64,000 nucleotides of DNA, taken from Actinomycetota bacterium. GTDB taxonomy: Bacteria; Actinomycetota; Acidimicrobiia; Acidimicrobiales; VFJN01. The translations under genes were made by a program, and so were the position numbers. The stretch spans positions 2,590-66,589 of the forward strand of contig JBKPHE010000111.1 of the NCBI GenBank assembly GCA_046744485.1. The letters run 5' to 3'. Below, piece after piece: positions 62,367-64,000 of this stretch (its first letter is position 1; each line of letters starts with the position of its first letter). The notes beneath the pieces are model-generated. The model ran no database searches. It was not told where the DNA came from and was given only the letters and a program-made list of their open reading frames with translations.

Positions 62367-63557
62367 TCAGGACTCGCTCTGCCGCCACGGCTGGGACGGC
62401 CCCTCGGGCGGCCGCGCTGGTTGCTCGGGCAGCTCGGGCAGCTCGGCAGGCGCGACGGCCTCCGGCTCCGGTGGGATCTCCGGGAGGTCGAAAGCGGCCA
62501 ACCGGCCGACGTCAACGTCGCGGCGGCGGGCCACCACCCGGTAACTGAAGGGGACCTCGCCGTCGCCGCCACGCTGCTCCCGAACCTCGAATCCGGTCTC
62601 GCTGCGGTCGGCGACGTACAGGCCCGCGGTCTCGCCCTCGGCGGTGAGGAACACGTGGAAGTCGTCGGTCCGCACCAGCGCCGCGAAGTCCGGGTCCAGC
62701 CGTACCTCGGCGCGGCCGCCGGTCAGCCGGGCGCGACCGAAGTCCTCGAACCAGCTCTCGGGGCTCTCCACGCAGTAGGTGAGCCGGTGGGTGCCGTCGG
62801 GGCGGGCCACCGCGGCAGCCTTGATGCCGCCGACCGCGATGAAGTTGCCGACCACCACGACATCGCCGAGGAACGCGCCGGCGATCCCCGTGGTGCTGGA
62901 CGCAAGCAGGCCGAAGCCGGCGGACGTGCTGCCCCGGACGCCGATCTGACCGATGCCGCCGGACGTGGCGACGCCGTGCACCCCGGCCCCGCTGGACGAA
63001 AGGGTCGTCCCGACCACACCGCGAGCCCCGGACGAGGTGCCCACCACCGCGTCGTTACTCCCCGAGTCGGCCCGGACGCCCACCCCGGATCCCAACCCAG
63101 TGGCGGCGACCCCCACCCGACCGCCGGTTCCCCGGACGCCCACCGCTTCAGCGGACCAGCCCGACACCCCGATGCCGCCGTTGGCGACCCCGAACACCCC
63201 CGTCCCGGAGTGCCCAGCCCAGCCCCACACCCCGCGGCCCTGGTTGGAAGTGCCTACGACCCCCGCCCCCGTTTCCGACTCACCCCGCGTGCCGATGAAG
63301 TCGTTGCTCCGGCCGGAGACGCCGGTGCCGCTACCGGAACCGCCCGCGACACCTACCCCGCTTTCCGACTGGCCGACCACGCCGGCGCCGGTGACCGAGT
63401 CGCCCGTGACACCGGCCATCCCTGCCATGCCATACACAGCCAACCCAGTGTCGTTTTCCACCCAGAAGGACGCGGAATTCGTTCGGTCGCAGTTGATTGT
63501 GGTCATCCCCACAGAGTCGTTCGAGGCTCCGAGGACGATGGGGTCGCCGTCCGCCAT
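62367..63557 (-). CDS. Gly-rich decapeptide-repeat protein (predicted beta-solenoid/fibre-like) with conserved-looking C-terminal module and Pro/Glu tail
   Basis: ATG at 63557, with GGGAGGAG 8 nt upstream, within the 424-aa ORF. About 19 tandem ~10-aa units of type GVxGxSxxGx. Then RLTYCVESPESWFEDFGRARLTGGRAEVRLDPDFAALV...FSYRVVARRRD. No signal peptide. Confidence 0.7.
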   Translation of the reverse strand: MADGDPIVLGASNDSVGMTTINCDRTNSASFWVENDTGLAVYGMAGMAGVTGDSVTGAGVVGQSESGVGVAGGSGSGTGVSGRSNDFIGTRGESETGAGVVGTSNQGRGVWGWAGHSGTGVFGVANGGIGVSGWSAEAVGVRGTGGRVGVAATGLGSGVGVRADSGSNDAVVGTSSGARGVVGTTLSSSGAGVHGVATSGGIGQIGVRGSTSAGFGLLASSTTGIAGAFLGDVVVVGNFIAVGGIKAAAVARPDGTHRLTYCVESPESWFEDFGRARLTGGRAEVRLDPDFAALVRTDDFHVFLTAEGETAGLYVADRSETGFEVREQRGGDGEVPFSYRVVARRRDVDVGRLAAFDLPEIPPEPEAVAPAELPELPEQPARPPEGPSQPWRQSES

Positions 63558-63787
63558 GACAAGGTCTCCTCCCGATCGGTGACACCCGGACTCCCGCGCA
63601 CAGGAGCCGAGCGGCCCGACGGACGCTACCCACCGAAACACCGCTGATCCGGGGATGCTGGAGGCCGTCGCCGGAGGAGCTGCGGTGGGCCTACCAGGGC
63701 AACGCCACCGACATCGCCCGCGGGTGGCTCATCGAGCAGACCCACGTGCTCTTGACGCTTGCCTCGGCTGGGACCGCACCGGGCGTG

Positions 63788-63916
63788 TCAGTAGCCGACT
63801 CCACCCCCACCGCCGCCACCGCCCACTGCGAAGACCAGAATCACCACGGCAGCGGCGATGGCTGCAACAGCGATCCAGAAGATGGGAGCACGAAGAACAC
63901 GTTGCACGATCGGCAT
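63788..63916 (-). CDS. tiny membrane protein (42 aa) ending in a poly-Gly run
   Basis: Below the ORF-track size cut-off. Hand translation gives MPIVQRVLRAPIFWIAVAAIAAAVVILVFAVGGGGGGGGVGY. Purine-rich AAGGGAAGG abuts the ATG. GC3 is only moderate (25 of 41 codons). Confidence 0.3.
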   Translation of the reverse strand: MPIVQRVLRAPIFWIAVAAIAAAVVILVFAVGGGGGGGGVGY

Positions 63917-64000
63917 CCTTCCCTTGGGCTACGTGCCCAATCGAAGCGGGATGAACCTTCACACTGAGTTACCTGCGCTAGCTGCCGACGAGATCTCTTG

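Noticed and set aside
63655-64000. Plus and minus ORFs at the right edge (63655-63954 +, 63729-63962 -, 63746-63967 +), and an open minus frame entering from beyond the window.
   Set aside because: Their translations are Arg/His/Ser-rich with no motifs and poor codon bias. Only the tiny hydrophobic 42-aa frame (63788-63916) looked plausibly coding. The edge frame cannot be judged without more sequence.

Overview
A 64-kb, roughly 70% G+C chromosomal segment, probably from an Actinomycetota genome. That call rests on a mycothiol S-conjugate amidase, several F420-type luciferase-like oxidoreductases, a conservon (cvnABCD) and three ECF-type sigma genes. I found no rRNA, tRNA, CRISPR array, transposase or integrase by eye. 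Many long ORFs in the track are Arg/Pro/Gly-rich antisense or out-of-frame artefacts of high-GC DNA; I called only frames with recognisable family motifs or coherent composition. Most of the window is a paralogue-rich redox and lipid/xenobiotic metabolism neighbourhood: 3 LLM oxidoreductases, 4 intact SDRs, 2 acyl-CoA dehydrogenases, 2 TesB-like thioesterases, a thiolase, an acyl-CoA ligase, an epoxide hydrolase, an amidase and 4 VOC proteins. It also carries several gene relics: a beheaded aldo/keto reductase, an SDR C-terminal stump, a frameshifted and truncated arylamine N-acetyltransferase, and a 1-nt frame problem at the mca start. The regions most worth a second look are: (1) a compositionally distinct ~3.6-kb island (38.8-42.4 kb) of orphan small genes, opening with a headless HK97-type capsid gene and bounded by an imperfect direct repeat; it contains a duplicated small gene and a stand-alone secreted two-Cys peptide gene; (2) a three-gene translationally coupled membrane operon (7.8-11.3 kb) built around an HTTM protein fused to a CxxC-less DCC-like domain, plus a toroid-MarC-like fusion; (3) a conservon whose CvnA sensor has an unusual polytopic His-containing membrane module; (4) a signal-less protein with about 19 Gly-rich decapeptide repeats, flanked by tiny membrane proteins (62.1-63.9 kb). 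All functional calls come from motif-level reading of the translations; no database search was run.
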